From Candidatus Jordarchaeales archaeon (lineage in GTDB: Archaea; Asgardarchaeota; Jordiarchaeia; Jordiarchaeales; Freyrarchaeaceae): DNA of 8,266 nucleotides. Position 1 is the first letter of the stretch, and each line of letters opens with the position of its first letter. The stretch covers positions 1-8,266 of the forward strand of contig JAWCFL010000003.1 in the NCBI GenBank assembly GCA_038858525.1, written 5' to 3'. Below the pieces are notes generated by a model. That model was not told the DNA's origin. It saw only the letters and a list, made by a program, of their open reading frames with translations, and searched no databases. Below, piece by piece: positions 6,167 to 8,266 of the stretch. The translations under genes and the position numbers were made by a program.

Positions 6167-7240
6167 TTAAGTCCTGCGCAAGCGATAATAGATGACTGTT
6201 ACTACTACGAAAGCAACAACGGCGGCGAGCACCGCAGGGCTGAAAAGCGAGGACATAACCACTTGCTGAAGCGATAGGAGCAGGAGAACTTCTGGCAGCG
6301 GTGTTATTGTGACGTTTTCGGTGTGCATTGTTGATGCTATTGTTTTGGTTATTTTGACCCCGTTGTAGTAGATTTTGATCTCCGTGTTTTTTCTCGTGAA
6401 GGTTTCTTTGCCCGTGAAGGCACCGCGCTGAACAATTATCCATCGCTTGGCCGTTTTCGTCCGTCGCCGCGTTTACCCCGCCGTAGTGGGGCGTAGCATA
6501 AATGGCGTGCCATCAGTCGCCAGAGGACGCCAACCTCGCTCACCGGGCTACCGAGCTCATCAACAACCCCCAAGCGAACATACACCAGTACACGGCTACC
6601 AGTGAAGTCATTCTCCTTACCCGTCCACACAAACCCCCAGAGCAGTTTAAGGCAACACATCCACGGACAACACTAAAGGACCCATACACAGCAAAGCCAT
6701 AGTCATTATCCACCTCAACAGTACCTATAAGAACATTACTACCCGAGGAGTCCAGGTAGAAGTTGCAGTTTTCCGCAGCGTTGCCCATAAAGCTACTGCT
6801 GTTCGAGCGATACAGGTAGAAGCCGTAGTAGTAGGAGCCACTACAGTTTGCCGCAGTATTGCTTTGTAGTGTTACGTTTACGCTGTAAGTAATTTTGAAG
6901 GCGGTGGTCCAGTTTGTGGCTTTCAGGTTCTTTACCGTCACGCTGGTCCTTCCATCGACCACCACTCCCTCATAGCTTCCTGAGCCTATTAGGTAGTGTC
7001 CGTTTCCATCTATCACTATGTGGTCAGCAGCAACAATGAGCTGTGTCTGTACATGTCCTCGTTGAGTGTGTAGTCGCTTGTGACAATTATTGTTTGGAGC
7101 TTCACCTGCGCCTGCTGGGACTGCTGAGCCAGCGAACAGGAGAACAGAAGGGAGGGGGCGAGGGGGCGAGGGGGCGAACGCCAAAACCGAGAGCACGGCT
7201 GAAAGCACGGCAACGGCAGCAACTAACCCCTCAACTTCAC
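6167..7240 (-). pseudogene. Frameshifted cell-surface protein gene: signal peptide, NosD/CASH-type right-handed parallel beta-helix, beta-sandwich-like segment, C-terminal TM anchor
   Basis: Fragments in alternating frames join into one coherent protein: MKLRG/LVAAVAVLSAVLSVLAFAP...; TIIVTSDYTLNEDMY; LIVAADHIVIDGNGHYLIG...YGFYLYRSNSSSFMGN...FYLDSSGSNVLIG...NDYGF; VYVRLGVVDELGSPVSEVGV; YGGVNAATDENGQA; IIVQ...PAVLAAVVAFVVVTVIYYRLRRT*. Inferred shifts are near 7228, 7094 (or the 8-mer repeat), 7048, 6636, 6515 and 6441. Confidence 0.85.
7150..7176 (+). repeat. (AGGGGGCG)x3 8-mer microsatellite; also matches a G-quadruplex pattern
   Basis: AGGGGGCG at 7153-7160, 7161-7168 and 7169-7176, preceded by GGG at 7150-7152, giving GGG-A-G5-CGA-G5-CGA-G5. 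Confidence 0.85.
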
Positions 7241-7473
7241 ACCCAAACACTCCCTCAACAACGTTAACAAGAGATTAGCAAAAACGACAAGAAAATGTTA
7301 CCTTGGTGAACATGGACGCCGTAGCACGTATGCTGATGCCGCCTGAGGCCGCACTCCTTCGGGGAGCATCATTAGCCGGCTTGCTGCTCGGGCGCTGACT
7401 AGGCAAGGAAGGGGGCGGGGCTGCGCCTTGGCAGCAGGCAAAACTAGCAAAACGAGAAGGACGAAGTGAGAGT

Positions 7474-7486
7474 AAACAAATAAAAA
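7474..7486 (-). terminator. Possible T-rich terminator downstream of tfb
   Basis: TTTTTATTTGTTT on the minus strand, about 50 nt past the tfb stop. Confidence 0.3.
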
Positions 7487-7534
7487 TGGGTTTTGAGGGT
7501 TTCCTGCACCGTTTTTTGCAAGTTTATGCTTAAA

Positions 7535-8266
7535 TTAAACTTCGACTTCTAAGCCGAGTTTTTTAACGAGTTCCTTGTACCTGTTCCTTATCGTGACCTC
7601 TGTGACGTGCGACGTCTCCGCTATTTCTCTCTGCGCCCTTCGTTCTCCCGTTAGTATGCCTGCTATGTATAGGGCTGCTGCCGCCATGCCTGTCGGGTCT
7701 TTTCCTCCGGTTATGCCGAGCTGCTTCGCCTTGCTAAGTATTTCGAGCGCCTTTGACGTTGTTTTTGGTGGAAGCTTGAGCTCCGCTGCAAACCTCGGGA
7801 TGAAGTCCGCCGCGTTCGGCCTCGGCGATTTAAGCTGCAACCCTCTCAAGATCAGCCTTATGCAGTGGGCTAGCTCTTTCCTGTTCACCCTCGCCGTGTG
7901 CTCAATCTCATCCAGCGGTCTCGGAACCTTGTGCTCTCTGCAGGCTAGATATACCGACGCCGCCACCATCGACTCTATCGATCTTCCCCTCACCAGTCCA
8001 TTCTCGAGCGCTCTCCTATATATGTAGGCCGCCGTCTCCCTTATCTCCCTTGGCACCCCAATCTGGCTTGCGATCCTGTTCAGCTCGGGCATAGCTTGAG
8101 CTAAATTCCTATCTTCCGAGGAATGCACTCTTGTCCTGACCTGCCATTTTCTTATCCTGTAGATTTGTGCTCTTCTTCTTGGGGATATTTTTCTTCCGTA
8201 GGCGTCGCGGTCGCTTCTGCTTATTGTTGTGCTTAGTCCTCTGTCTGGCATTCTTAGTGTTAGTGG
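7535..8266 (-). CDS. tfb: Transcription initiation factor IIB (archaeal TFB), 5'-truncated by the window
   Basis: Hallmark motifs: DRGLSTTI, RIRKWQ..R, ERNL-type (EDRNLAQA), GLVRGRSIESMVAASVYLACR, GKDPTGMAAAALYIA, and C-terminal VTEVTIRNRYKEL. The frame stays open upstream of ATG 8251 (PLTLR-MPDRG), and the N-terminal zinc ribbon is missing, so the true start is outside the window. Confidence 0.98.
   Translation of the reverse strand, partial: PLTLRMPDRGLSTTISRSDRDAYGRKISPRRRAQIYRIRKWQVRTRVHSSEDRNLAQAMPELNRIASQIGVPREIRETAAYIYRRALENGLVRGRSIESMVAASVYLACREHKVPRPLDEIEHTARVNRKELAHCIRLILRGLQLKSPRPNAADFIPRFAAELKLPPKTTSKALEILSKAKQLGITGGKDPTGMAAAALYIAGILTGERRAQREIAETSHVTEVTIRNRYKELVKKLGLEVEV

Noticed and set aside
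6150-7278. Track ORFs 6150..6443, 6436..6660, 6540..7250, 7016..7222 (and plus ORFs 6502, 7043, 7090) as independent genes
   Set aside because: The minus ORFs are partly in-frame fragments of one frameshifted gene, and the plus ORFs are antisense shadows.
7332-7372. Hammerhead ribozyme, fluoride riboswitch or C/D-box sRNA
   Set aside because: CTGATG is not followed by A and there is no GAAA core. GCTAATGA on the minus strand lacks the rest of the crcB consensus, and there is no properly placed RUGAUGA/CUGA pair.
5581-7498. GGGTTTTGAGG at 5581-5591 and 7488-7498 as a target-site duplication around the pseudogene
   Set aside because: Several 11-mer matches are expected by chance in 8 kb, and there are no terminal inverted repeats or transposase.
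7575-8027. 150-aa plus-strand ORF, and ATG 8251 as the tfb start
   Set aside because: The ORF is an antisense shadow of tfb. The tfb frame is open to the window edge and lacks the N-terminal zinc ribbon, so 8251 is an internal Met.

Overview
Archaeal genomic window in which every credible gene lies on the minus strand. In transcription order: (1) a tfb gene (transcription factor IIB) whose 5' end is cut off by the window edge; (2) a surface-protein pseudogene (signal peptide, NosD/CASH-type parallel beta-helix, C-terminal TM anchor) broken by about six +/-1 frameshifts; (3) a ~500-nt non-coding stretch ending in an AT-rich segment with a palindromic TATA box; (4) a tightly packed four-gene cluster of unrecognised proteins. 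The cluster encodes a 101-aa protein, a 242-aa protein with two CxxC...CxH SWIM-like zinc fingers, a 124-aa protein, and a giant ORF of at least 1337 aa. The giant ORF is absent from the supplied ORF track because it has no stop inside the window. By manual translation it has a low-complexity N-terminus, two diverged ~350-aa tandem copies of an unknown module, a candidate PD-(D/E)XK nuclease motif, and a C-terminal array of 33-aa helical repeats encoded by DNA-identical 99-bp units that runs off the window. This protein and its cluster are the best candidate for an undescribed system. All family assignments come from motif recognition by eye; no database searches were run.
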